Source of the DNA: a virus | Taxonomy: Duplodnaviria > Caudoviricetes | Direction: 5' to 3' (one strand) | IMG/VR virus record: IMGVR_UViG_3300005323_000012 | Span: 1-46,582 of that record | DNA: 46,582 bases | Shown here: positions 1-8,096 of the stretch, piece by piece | How the letters are laid out: each line of letters begins with the position of its first letter | Position numbering within the stretch: position 1 is the stretch's first letter | The notes under the pieces: generated by a model | What the model was told of the DNA's origin: nothing | Database searches by the model: none | Seen by the model: the letters and a program-made list of their open reading frames with translations, nothing else | Program-made: the position numbers and the translations under genes

Positions 1-117
1 ATCCATGCACAGCGGGCCGTTGCTGCCCTCGTTCCAGTCGCTTGGATCCTCATCGATCATATCTAGGAGCAGATCGATGGCCACTTTCCGCTCTTCTGTG
101 ATCTGCCAGACAGGCGG
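1..117. repeat. Terminal direct repeat (copy 1), circular-assembly overlap
   Basis: Bases 1-117 are identical to 46466-46582; a minus-strand ORF reads through the junction. Confidence 0.97.
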
Positions 118-408
118 TGATCGCCACGAATTCACAAATTTCTCAAGATGACATCCAACAGATATCACAAATGTAATCTCGCCGCGCTCTTCCTCAGGAA
201 CATCGAGCAGTCTTGCAAGTTCTTGGCTCCATGCGATTAGCTCAGGAGTTCCGAAGGCCTCAACTGGCTCCGAGATTGCCTTTTCCAGCTCAGCTATGTG
301 ATCTAACGCGCCCGCGAGAAGCGTTCGTATATCACATTGGCAAAAATTTTCATCATGCAGATCCCCAAGCTCCGATCGGGCCGCCTGCATATCGAATTTC
401 TGGCTCAT
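1..408 (-). CDS. Hypothetical protein spanning the circular junction (408->1, then 46465->46424; 149 aa, MSQKFDMQAARSELG...MLAEAEAQP)
   Basis: Hand translation is open across the junction; ATGA overlaps with both neighbours. Confidence 0.75.
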   Translation of the reverse strand, partial: MSQKFDMQAARSELGDLHDENFCQCDIRTLLAGALDHIAELEKAISEPVEAFGTPELIAWSQELARLLDVPEEERGEITFVISVGCHLEKFVNSWRSPPVWQITEERKVAIDLLLDMIDEDPSDWNEGSNGPLCMD

Positions 409-623
409 GGTGTCACCGCCGTGATGGTCCAGCCGGTGCCATTCTGCAGGAGTGAAACGTTTAAGGCCTCACCAACGAAGCTGAGGTTCTGCAGACCGGT
501 CCCACTGGAGCTGCCCGTGATATGCAGCTCGACCGCCTCGGCCAATATCGAGAGGCACAAAACGAGCATCCAGAGGCCAGCAGCCCCGGCAACGATGCCT
601 ACGGCGTACATGAAGCGGCTCAT
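405..623 (-). CDS. Small membrane-anchored hypothetical protein (probable start MSRFMYAVG)
   Basis: Hydrophobic N-terminal segment; start overlaps stop of the upstream ORF. Confidence 0.5.
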   Translation of the reverse strand: MSRFMYAVGIVAGAAGLWMLVLCLSILAEAVELHITGSSSGTGLQNLSFVGEALNVSLLQNGTGWTITAVTP

Positions 624-895
624 AAGGCATCCTCCCCCATTCGCCACATCCGATATTTCCAGCGAAGCGTATCGCAGAAGTCTAAAAGGACCCTTCCGGG
701 GTAGCTCCATTTTAGCATGAGTATCGCGTGTGAGAACCATTTTGGGAAACGGAGTATAATCCCGGCCTGGTTCGGGGCTATGCCGATGATCAGGGCAGCA
801 TCATCTCGCGACAGATGATGGTAGATCCCCGTCCGGACTTTTCCGGATTGGCACAAAGTAATCCTCTGTCTGCCCAATTTTATTAGGCGAGTCAT
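620..895 (-). CDS. Hypothetical protein (probable start MTRLIKLG)
   Basis: ORF coupled to both neighbours by ATGA overlaps. Confidence 0.45.
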   Translation of the reverse strand: MTRLIKLGRQRITLCQSGKVRTGIYHHLSRDDAALIIGIAPNQAGIILRFPKWFSHAILMLKWSYPGRVLLDFCDTLRWKYRMWRMGEDAL

Positions 896-1200
896 AGAAT
901 CGCCTCGATCGTTTTCAGGCTCTTCTTCAGAGCCTTTCGGCAGTCTTCGCCGGCTGGAGTGAGATACCACTTTCGAGTTCTCTCATTCCATGCAACGCTT
1001 CCAGTCTCAACCAATCGCTCTAGGTGCCGATTGGTGACGACGAAACTCAGATTTAGGCTGTAGACGATTGCCGTCTTGTGACGATCTTCCGCGGCCAAAA
1101 AATCCAAAATGTCCAAAATAATGCGCTCTCGTGAGCGCCTGATTCGCTTATTCTCTACCGGCCTCATGTATCCTCCTGGCCGGTAAAACGCTATGCGCAA
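892..1200 (-). CDS. Archaeal winged-helix regulator (HTH_45/COG3432-like)
   Basis: RRSRERIILDIL...KTAIVYSLNLS...HLERLVETG...WYLTPAG pattern typical of this family. Confidence 0.8.
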   Translation of the reverse strand: MRIAFYRPGGYMRPVENKRIRRSRERIILDILDFLAAEDRHKTAIVYSLNLSFVVTNRHLERLVETGSVAWNERTRKWYLTPAGEDCRKALKKSLKTIEAIL

Positions 1201-1498
1201 AGCTACAGGAAACTTAATATAGTTCCGAATCGCTATTACGTCTTAGCGTCGTGAGACATGCCCTCGTCTTGGCAGATATTGGCGTGTCTCCCGGCCTCTT
1301 TGTCTACTGACTATGTTTTCTGATTCATGATATATACTTTCCTCAAGAGTGCGCGCCGCGAAAGTGATCGACTTGACGGCCATCACATAGCCGCGCCTCT
1401 TAGCTTGCTTTCGAAAGTCCCACAGTCGCGAGATTTTCCGCTCACTGCTAGGCTTTCCTGCAGAGGTGAAGCGCAATCATGCCGCACGCACACTATAT

Positions 1499-1592
1499 TG
1501 CTTGCAGCTGGCAAGCACCCCGCACTACAAGCAATAGATACATGCTATTGTATATATAGTTACTGGCTGGCTGGCAGCCAATGTATATATAC
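1499..1592. promoter_or_regulatory. Divergent promoter region with two TGTATATATA boxes and two palindromic operators
   Basis: TGTATATATA at 1549 and 1582; TGCTTGC-N5-GCAAGCA (1499-1517) and TGGCTG-N5-CAGCCA (1564-1580). Confidence 0.55.
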
Positions 1593-1593
1593 T

Positions 1594-1794
1594 ATGCAGG
1601 CGGAAAATACCACCATGAAGGTACGCGATATCATCAGAGGCGCATCTGAAAAAGAGCTGCTCATCCCGGCGAAAGTTTGTGCGCCGGATAAGCAGGGCCG
1701 TATATATGTGGGAGTAGACCATGCTAGAAAAAAAGGTCTACTGCTATTCGTAGCCCTATCCGATGAGGAGATGGCTGAGATAGAGGGCCGCTAA
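1594..1794 (+). CDS. Small AbrB-like (swapped-hairpin) DNA-binding protein, putative
   Basis: 66 aa downstream of TATA boxes; DKQGRIYVG resembles the AbrB/MraZ hairpin motif. Confidence 0.45.
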   Translation: MQAENTTMKVRDIIRGASEKELLIPAKVCAPDKQGRIYVGVDHARKKGLLLFVALSDEEMAEIEGR

Positions 1795-2523
1795 AACCCA
1801 CATGCTCCAGCCATCGACCAGCAGATCATAGCTGAGGCTGTCGCGCTCCTTCCTGAAATAGTAGATGAGAATGGCCCCATAAGCCGCCGCGGGCCAGTAG
1901 AGGCACGCGAGAAGAGCATCCAGCCCGACCAGCAGCGCGAGAGTCCGGGGCCGACCGAGGATCACGGGCAGAGTTCTGACGCCGTTGGCCGCGTCTCCTT
2001 TTATGTCGCGGATGTCGAAAACGATGGTATCTGTGCCGATGAGCAGGAATTCCAGCGCATAGAGCCACCACGGACCACCAACGAGCCCGGCGAAGCATAT
2101 CGAGGTTGCGCCGGCCACAACCACGGTTTTAGCGCCCGGAATATCCTTGACTCGGAATTTCCCAATTCGGCGGGCATATATCCAGCCAGCAACGCCGAAA
2201 GCCAGCGGAAAGGGAAGCTTCCAGATATCGATAGCTGCAACTATCAGAATGGCAAGAGCATACGTGACAGTAGCTAATTGCTTTACGGGATAGTGAGCCA
2301 GCCAGCCCCGCTCAGGAGTGTTGATAAGGTCTTCTGCAGATCCAGACACTTTGTCAGCTGCATAAACTGCGAAAGTGACCAGGAAAGCCACTACCATGTA
2401 TTCAGGTGTAATTGCCTGGTGGCTGGCATACTGCAGGAGAGCTGGTTGAAACGCCGATACAAAGGATATCCACAGTGACGAAACACTGAGGAACAAGAAA
2501 AGGCTTCTTGCATTTCGTTTCAT
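1756..2523 (-). CDS. UbiA-family membrane prenyltransferase / possible UbiA-type terpene synthase
   Basis: Multi-TM protein; motif 1 YAADKVSGSAEDLINTPER and motif 2 FDIRDIKGDAANGVRTLPV. Confidence 0.88.
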   Translation of the reverse strand: MKRNARSLFLFLSVSSLWISFVSAFQPALLQYASHQAITPEYMVVAFLVTFAVYAADKVSGSAEDLINTPERGWLAHYPVKQLATVTYALAILIVAAIDIWKLPFPLAFGVAGWIYARRIGKFRVKDIPGAKTVVVAGATSICFAGLVGGPWWLYALEFLLIGTDTIVFDIRDIKGDAANGVRTLPVILGRPRTLALLVGLDALLACLYWPAAAYGAILIYYFRKERDSLSYDLLVDGWSMWVLAALYLSHLLIG

Positions 2524-2556
2524 ACTTCAGCACTTGGCGCTGAAGTATATAGGTTA

Positions 2557-3285
2557 TTATAGCCTTTTTGCTATTTTTCGATAGTGCCTGTATAGATCTC
2601 TGCCCCATCGGATAGAACTCTCTCCCATACAATCCAGATCGGTGAGTGGATCGTACTGGCCTCTCAGCCCATACAGTCCAAGCGAAAGCATTTTTTCAGT
2701 CACAGCGAACGCGACCGTGGCCGCTGGAATGTCATAGAGCTGCACTCCTGAGTCCAGCCAGCGCCTTATGACGGCATGGCCGATGGCACCAATAACAGGC
2801 GTCGTCAGAACTAAGGACACTTTCGACCCTAACTCAATCAGGCCATCGATCAGGAAGATGTAATCAGGGATCACATGAGGCGATACTCCACATAGCTCCT
2901 TGGCTTTCGACATTTCTCCCAAGAAGTACTGGAGACAATGGAAATGATCCTCTACAGTTTCTCCCACCAGTTCATATTGCTCCAGCTCTCCGATCCTGGC
3001 CAGGAGATGATCAGGGATGCCCGAAAGATCGTGCCCGGCCCAGAATGGATTTCGGAGAATCTCCTGGCGGGCATCGTATCCAGCCTGGATAGCAAGTGTC
3101 GCCCGGCCTATCCCAGTGAGGCGGTAGCCCGTGGGTGATCTGGTCACGGTGCCCTCTGTGACCATCGCCCGCAAGCTGTGGCTGACTGTGGTGGTGCTTG
3201 CGCCCGTTTGGGCCGCGAGTTCCGAGAGGACGGCAGGCCCAATAGATAGGGCATGTAAGATCTTAAGCTGAGTGGGAGGGATCAT
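2557..3285 (-). CDS. wHTH + DUF1724 (FilR1-like) transcriptional regulator
   Basis: N-terminal ArsR-like HTH then FWAGHDLSGIPDHLLARIGEL, AFAVTEKMLSLGLY, YD...L...S..WGRDLYRHY, characteristic of methanogen/haloarchaeal DUF1724 regulators. Confidence 0.85.
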   Translation of the reverse strand: MIPPTQLKILHALSIGPAVLSELAAQTGASTTTVSHSLRAMVTEGTVTRSPTGYRLTGIGRATLAIQAGYDARQEILRNPFWAGHDLSGIPDHLLARIGELEQYELVGETVEDHFHCLQYFLGEMSKAKELCGVSPHVIPDYIFLIDGLIELGSKVSLVLTTPVIGAIGHAVIRRWLDSGVQLYDIPAATVAFAVTEKMLSLGLYGLRGQYDPLTDLDCMGESSIRWGRDLYRHYRKIAKRL

Positions 3286-3482
3286 GCCCCACCCCATTCT
3301 GCCTTTAGCGCCGCGTCAGCCGCCCGGATCTGTGTCAGGATCTCTGGCAGGCTTGCGCCGGCGCAGGAGATCTCCCACCCGTAGGAGGACTTTTGCCCCT
3401 TCACGAGTTTGATCTTCAGGTTTTCGGCATTGCGGTGGACATGCTCTACCGTTTTCGCCTCATTTACTACGACTTCAGCCAT
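3282..3482 (-). CDS. Hypothetical protein (66 aa)
   Basis: ORF overlapping the start of the DUF1724 gene. Confidence 0.6.
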   Translation of the reverse strand: MAEVVVNEAKTVEHVHRNAENLKIKLVKGQKSSYGWEISCAGASLPEILTQIRAADAALKAEWGGA

Positions 3483-3483
3483 C

Positions 3484-3645
3484 TTATTCCCCTCGCCTCT
3501 CTGCTTCTTGTAGCATCACGAAGCTCAGCGTCTTCGTCAGCTCAGCCAGAATGTAAGCCGTTTCGCACGGCTTAAAATCCTTCTCCAAGTCCTGAAAAAT
3601 AAAGCTGGCTTTCTGCTCCAGCTCGCGGCGAGATTTCACTTTCAC
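3484..3645 (-). CDS. Hypothetical protein (53 aa, MKVKSRRELEQKASFIF...)
   Basis: Hand-translated GTG-start ORF abutting the next gene. Confidence 0.5.
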   Translation of the reverse strand: MKVKSRRELEQKASFIFQDLEKDFKPCETAYILAELTKTLSFVMLQEAERRGE

Positions 3646-3810
3646 CTCAGAACCCCCATCTCTCGCTGAGGGCTAAGATAGCTTTCCCATGCCGCTCATA
3701 ATCTTCTGGCTCATGGGACAGATGGTAATCTAGCGATCGCTTCACATAATCAGGAATCTCCTGAGCATCTTTTCTTATTCGTCCTGGCATAGACTATAGT
3801 AGGTGCATAT

Positions 3811-3850
3811 CCTATATATACCCATCGGTCAACCGACTAATATAAATAGG
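3811..3850. promoter_or_regulatory. Divergent TATA boxes with central palindrome TCGGT-CA-ACCGA
   Basis: CCTATATATA (3811-3820) and TATAAATA (3841-3848) flank an inverted repeat at 3825-3836, between divergent genes. Confidence 0.6.
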
Positions 3851-3870
3851 ATGCCAACAGAATACAAAGC

Positions 3871-4023
3871 ATGAAACCTGTGAGATGGCCGGTTCAGATC
3901 AATGTAGCGATATCAGAAGAGCTTAAAGCAGAATTAGATAGGCTGTCAGAGGCCCGAAAGGAGAGCGTCGCAGAGATTGCGCGGCGAGGGATCGAGGCAG
4001 AAGTGGCGAGGATGAAGGCATGA
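3871..4023 (+). CDS. Ribbon-helix-helix (CopG/Arc-like) regulator, 50 aa
   Basis: MKPVRWPVQINVAISEELKAELDRLSEARKESVAEIARRGIEAEV matches the RHH pattern; TATA about 25 bp upstream. Confidence 0.8.
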   Translation: MKPVRWPVQINVAISEELKAELDRLSEARKESVAEIARRGIEAEVARMKA

Positions 4024-4214
4024 TGCCATTGTGTGTATCGGATCGGCCAGAGCGGCTTATTCCAGTCGTACCAAATGACGTCCTATTGCGGCTGGTAAAG
4101 AATTGTAATATCGCCATCGATGCCCGAGTTCGCCAGGCGGGGTGGGAATATATCAATATCGAGTTCTGGAAAGAGGACTCCGAACAGTCAATAGTACTTG
4201 GGTGGACGCCATGA
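4020..4214 (+). CDS. Hypothetical protein (64 aa)
   Basis: ATGA overlap with the RHH gene; followed by a T-tract. Confidence 0.55.
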   Translation: MMPLCVSDRPERLIPVVPNDVLLRLVKNCNIAIDARVRQAGWEYINIEFWKEDSEQSIVLGWTP

Positions 4215-4237
4215 AAATATCGAGTGCGTGTAACTCG

Positions 4238-4250
4238 CTTTTTCTTTTTC
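4238..4250 (+). terminator. Oligo-T archaeal terminator, putative
   Basis: CTTTTTCTTTTTC just downstream of the + strand operon. Confidence 0.45.
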
Positions 4251-4341
4251 CATAAAAGCCCATAACATATTTTTATAAGATATCTTTCCAGGTCGAAAGG
4301 TATGGGGTCGCGCGACGGATAGTTAATTGACTTTTCGCGGC

Positions 4342-4369
4342 CACTGATATCGAATAATCGATATCAGTG
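4342..4369. repeat. 28-bp inverted repeat CACTGATATCGA-ATAA-TCGATATCAGTG
   Basis: 12-bp perfect arms in the intergenic gap between convergent genes. Confidence 0.85.
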
Positions 4370-4468
4370 AATTGTAAACCATCTGTTCCATAGTCTATGG
4401 AATAATCAGGTAGATCGATTCGAATTAAGACGAACCAGCCACGAATATGTTTAACATTTTTAAAAAAG

Positions 4469-4660
4469 TCATTCGGGCGATTTCTCGCCCACAGTGGCCG
4501 TCCACCATCTCTGAAATTCCGGGGTGGCCTCAACCAGCTCGTTCAGCCACGGCGAGCGCCCGCCCGGCTGCATGGTGGAAAGAAACTCATCCACCCAGGG
4601 GCGCCAGCTCACTTGCCGGACCACTGCCTTTTCGGCGGCGGTTTTGCGAGGGGCGGCCAT
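4469..4660 (-). CDS. Hypothetical protein (63 aa)
   Basis: ORF directly downstream of 4662..4943 with a GGAGGTG SD-like site. Confidence 0.55.
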   Translation of the reverse strand: MAAPRKTAAEKAVVRQVSWRPWVDEFLSTMQPGGRSPWLNELVEATPEFQRWWTATVGEKSPE

Positions 4661-4661
4661 C

Positions 4662-4943
4662 TTAGGCCACCTCCTTCTCCATCGCGGCCACTGCCTGTTC
4701 GATTGACATGGCCATGAACTTCTCTGCCTTCTTCGCAGATATCGGAAAGTAGCAGTGTGGCATTCCCTGCTGGTTCACCTGAGTCTCGATCAGGTATGTT
4801 CCTGTCGGGAACCTTCTATATCGGTCTACGCTGCCATCGGTCGTTCTGAGGGCCTTATCGCCCTCTTCTGTCTGCATCAGATTGGTCCAGTGGCGCAACA
4901 TTCCGATTTCCGAGCTATTGATTATTGTTTTCATCTTTCTCAC
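4662..4943 (-). CDS. Hypothetical protein
   Basis: ORF diverging from the TATA-rich 4950-4990 region. Confidence 0.55.
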   Translation of the reverse strand: MRKMKTIINSSEIGMLRHWTNLMQTEEGDKALRTTDGSVDRYRRFPTGTYLIETQVNQQGMPHCYFPISAKKAEKFMAMSIEQAVAAMEKEVA

Positions 4944-5037
4944 CTTCGCATTCTATACTATACTATATCGTATGAGTATATATAGCTTACGGTCGAGAGC
5001 CGCAAAATCTATCTGCCCTCCGAGCCCTCTGCCCCCC

Positions 5038-5469
5038 ATGACTCGAAAGCCACGTATAGCCATAGATGCTGATGTCCTCCGAGCCCTCCGGGCGTGGGCT
5101 GCGAGGGATGGAAGGGACGCTGACACCCTCGCGACAGAAGTCTTACGGGCTGCTCTGCCTGCCGAGGTCGCGAGCTTCGCGAAGCTCGGAGGCACGAAGG
5201 CTCCGAAAGAAAAAGCTCCGCTGGATATCGAAAGTCCACGCGAAGAAAAAGCGCGAAAAGGTGCGCGACCCTGGCACGGCGGGCCACGGCCATATGAGGA
5301 TCAGCACCCGGAGATAGCCGCGCGAGTCCTGGAGCTGTGGGCTGGGGGGAGAAGAAAAGGCGGAATGAGCCGGGACGCCGTGGCCAAGGCGCTACGGGCC
5401 GAAGGAATACCGATATCAGCAGCCCAAATTGATAAGATTACTACCAGGGCACGCAAAAAGGATATATAG
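5038..5469 (+). CDS. DNA-binding protein, RHH N-terminus and HTH-like C-terminus
   Basis: MTRKPRIAIDADVLRALRAWAARDG..DTLATEVLR is RHH-like; MSRDAVAKALRAEGIPISAAQI is HTH-like. Confidence 0.65.
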   Translation: MTRKPRIAIDADVLRALRAWAARDGRDADTLATEVLRAALPAEVASFAKLGGTKAPKEKAPLDIESPREEKARKGARPWHGGPRPYEDQHPEIAARVLELWAGGRRKGGMSRDAVAKALRAEGIPISAAQIDKITTRARKKDI

Positions 5470-5565
5470 AGCTGGAGCGAAAGGCTTCAGAAAAGGAATT
5501 TGGGTCAGGGAGGTAGCACTCCCTGACAGCTCCCGGTAGGAGAAAATGCCCAGGAGAACACACGT

Positions 5566-5985
5566 ATGATAGAGATAGCCCCCGCTGACATAAAAAGCTT
5601 TGGGCCGAAGCCCGAAGAACAGATTTTCGTATTGACTTCAGACCAGCTCAGGGCGATTGTCCAGGACGCCGTTAAACAGGCGATCATCCCCTTTCAGGAA
5701 GAGATACTAGCCCTCCGAGAAGAAATAGCCCTGGAGAGGGCCGCAGACCGCCGCAGAATAGCCGAGCTGGAGCGCGGCCACATCCAGCCCATGCAGGCTG
5801 ATCGAGGTGAGATCTTGAGAGCCTTGCTCGCGGCCAATGGCGGAAAGATGCTCGCGAAGGAAGCCAGACAGAAGATGCACCTGTCGAAGCAGGCCTTTTC
5901 GAACCTTCTCGCGACCATGAAAGATGAGATCCACTCCAGGCCATATCATCTCGATCGGAGGCAGGTCATCTTAGCTCTGAAATAG
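5566..5985 (+). CDS. Coiled-coil + wHTH protein
   Basis: Coiled coil followed by GKMLAKEARQKMHLSKQAFSNLL...HLDRRQ wing; GGAG SD upstream. Confidence 0.7.
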   Translation: MIEIAPADIKSFGPKPEEQIFVLTSDQLRAIVQDAVKQAIIPFQEEILALREEIALERAADRRRIAELERGHIQPMQADRGEILRALLAANGGKMLAKEARQKMHLSKQAFSNLLATMKDEIHSRPYHLDRRQVILALK

Positions 5986-6222
5986 TACAGTTGTACTATG
6001 TACTATCTCAGCCACCAGACTGGAAGGGTTTAGGATCTGGTCCGCGGCGCTAAAAATCGTGCGGTTTTCTGATATCGATTAGTCTGAGATAGAGATAGAT
6101 ACAGATTAATATATTATAAATAGTTATTCTAGGAAGATCAGAGAAAAATAGTACATGGTACAATTGTATCATTCGAAATGTCTGTGTAGATAACTATATA
6201 TATGGGTACGTACCTAGTACTA
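5982..6222. repeat. GTAC-rich palindrome / inverted-repeat cluster
   Basis: ATAGTACA-GT-TGTACTAT at 5982; 21-bp IR 5986-6006 vs 6148-6168 (2 mismatches); GGTACGTACC and TAGTACTA near 6205-6222. Confidence 0.7.
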
Positions 6223-6223
6223 T

Positions 6224-6610
6224 ATGCCCAAGTGGGCAGGACTGAGAAAAATGGAAAGCAATCAAAGTGGCGCAACGGCTGAAATGTCTGTCGAACTCAA
6301 ATATCCAAGAGGAATTATCAAGGAAGCTCAGATCGATATTCAGGATGGAGATCAAGCTCTCGGCTGGAACTTCCGGGCCTGGATATACATGGCCGGCCAA
6401 ACTGTAGAATTTCTGCAGGGAGCAACGGGAAGCAGGGATGTGGAGACTTGGTATCCATTCGAAGATCATGATACCTACAGGAACGCGGGCCGGGCATACG
6501 CTCAGAACGATATCAATTCCTTCGCAGACTGGCAGGCATTCGTAAAAGAGTATGCTGCGAACATGGACCCGCGAGACGTATTCAAGTATCGCAGAGCAGA
6601 GGGCCTTTAG
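6224..6610 (+). CDS. Hypothetical protein (128 aa)
   Basis: ORF with TATATATA box about 25 bp upstream. Confidence 0.65.
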   Translation: MPKWAGLRKMESNQSGATAEMSVELKYPRGIIKEAQIDIQDGDQALGWNFRAWIYMAGQTVEFLQGATGSRDVETWYPFEDHDTYRNAGRAYAQNDINSFADWQAFVKEYAANMDPRDVFKYRRAEGL

Positions 6611-7015
6611 ATGCCCTCTCTTTTTCGGGCCACGATCAGCCTCATGCAGCGCCAATGGGAATGGCATCGAGCCAATCCGGGCCAGCTATCCAGGATGGCT
6701 CAGGAAGCAGTCGATCGCCGGATGACCATCGAGGCTCTGCCAGAATCGGTCGTCGATCAGGCCATAGAAGACGCAGATCAGACCTTCTGGGATCGGTACC
6801 CCCTGACCGGCGAGTATGCGATCTGTGACGAGCATATCATCCTCGATGGTGCAACGGATGTACAGATGGCCGCGGACGCTCGCACGCTCGAAGTCCCCGT
6901 CGAGCAACTTCTGCCACTCTTGGATGAGCTGTATGATGTCGAGCGAGAGGCAGCTCTCCGGAGGAAGATATATACTCAATCAATCAATGAGTCATCGTGC
7001 CGATTAGAACGATAG
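6611..7015 (+). CDS. Hypothetical protein (134 aa)
   Basis: Abuts the previous stop codon. Confidence 0.6.
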   Translation: MPSLFRATISLMQRQWEWHRANPGQLSRMAQEAVDRRMTIEALPESVVDQAIEDADQTFWDRYPLTGEYAICDEHIILDGATDVQMAADARTLEVPVEQLLPLLDELYDVEREAALRRKIYTQSINESSCRLER

Positions 7016-7122
7016 CCCTTTGGCTGGATGAGGGGGAGTTCAAGGCCTTGAAGGCCAAAAAGAGGCCGAGAGAATCATGGGAAAATATGGTCTGAAGAGA
7101 ATTATTGGAGCAGAAAAAATGA
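6997..7122 (+). pseudogene. RHH/antitoxin-like micro-gene interrupted by an in-frame TGA at 7093
   Basis: MPIRTIALWLDEGEFKALKAKKRPRESWENMV*RELLEQKK*; second stop overlaps the next ATG. Confidence 0.45.
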
Positions 7123-7397
7123 AGCTACTGTATGCACTTTTGGCATTGGCCTTTCTAGCCATGCCCGGAATCGCTATGAACGAGACTGATGTCGCTTACC
7201 TTGAGGGCATCCAGGACGGTTACGCCCTCGGCTATGCCGCGATCGTGGGCCAGCAGGACCCAGCCTACGAGGCTGTCTACAACCAGGGCGTAGCGATCCT
7301 GAACGGCTGGATGGATGCCGTGGGCTACACCGGCCAGAGATGGGAGAACCTGGCAGTCACCCGGAACAGCTATGTTCTACCGGAGGGGCTGAGATGA
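7119..7397 (+). CDS. Small secreted protein (signal peptide)
   Basis: MKLLYALLALAFLAMPGIA signal peptide; GGAG SD upstream. Confidence 0.7.
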   Translation: MKLLYALLALAFLAMPGIAMNETDVAYLEGIQDGYALGYAAIVGQQDPAYEAVYNQGVAILNGWMDAVGYTGQRWENLAVTRNSYVLPEGLR

Positions 7398-7636
7398 GGG
7401 CGGATCCAGAAAAGTTCAATCGTTTGGTGGCTGAGATGTCCTATTCTGCCCCAATTACGGAGGAGACTATCCGGGAACTCATCCCGAAAAATTCCCTAGT
7501 ATCGATGGAAAGAGCAGCTGCGATAGTGGGCATGGCTGATATGGGAATGATGCCTGCGGCGATCCGTGATATGCTCGATCGATATGATAGGGCAGAAGCG
7601 CATCTGAGAAAACGACTAGGAGTTGAATTTGAATGA
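7394..7636 (+). CDS. Hypothetical protein (probable start MRADPEKF)
   Basis: ATGA overlaps on both sides. Confidence 0.55.
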   Translation: MRADPEKFNRLVAEMSYSAPITEETIRELIPKNSLVSMERAAAIVGMADMGMMPAAIRDMLDRYDRAEAHLRKRLGVEFE

Positions 7637-8076
7637 AGTCTATTATTATAATTTGTGTGGCCCTCATAGCCGGGCTTTCTCTAGCTTCGGCCTACACCGC
7701 TGAGCAGCAGGCCATGATCGACGGCTCAACGCTGTCCTGGAAGATGGCCATAGCCTACGACCAGCAGGATATCCCGACCTTCAACGCCCTGGCCGACCAG
7801 TGGAACGCCTGGGTACGGACATACTTCGGAGAAGATGCCAACCTGATCATGCACCTGCTCACCGGCCCGGTGGACCTCAGCAAGCCCGTCATCTCTGGCA
7901 ACAATACGACCAGCGGAATAGTCCATGCCATTGATGGTAATCGGGCTGGGAACAAGACCTACACCACAAATGACATGAACCTGCTGCCCGCGGGCTCGGC
8001 AGAAAAAAGGGAAAAGATGATCGGAACCTACCCGGATGGTTCAAGCATCGGCGGGCAGTATCTGGGCGGGGTCTGA
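7633..8076 (+). CDS. Secreted protein resembling a Methanothrix-type exported family
   Basis: Signal peptide MKSIIIICVALIAGLSLASA; AYTAEQQ...WNAWVR..FG...YLGGV pattern (recalled, not searched). Confidence 0.7.
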   Translation: MKSIIIICVALIAGLSLASAYTAEQQAMIDGSTLSWKMAIAYDQQDIPTFNALADQWNAWVRTYFGEDANLIMHLLTGPVDLSKPVISGNNTTSGIVHAIDGNRAGNKTYTTNDMNLLPAGSAEKREKMIGTYPDGSSIGGQYLGGV

Positions 8077-8096
8077 TAGCGTGAGACGGGGTCGAT

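Noticed and set aside
1-117. Terminal repeat as a biological DTR or att site
   Set aside because: It falls inside an ORF that continues across the junction; best explained as assembler overlap of a circular or permuted genome
7093-7095. Stop-codon recoding (Sec/Pyl) at the in-frame TGA
   Set aside because: Single instance in a tiny ORF; other genes end normally at TGA and TAG
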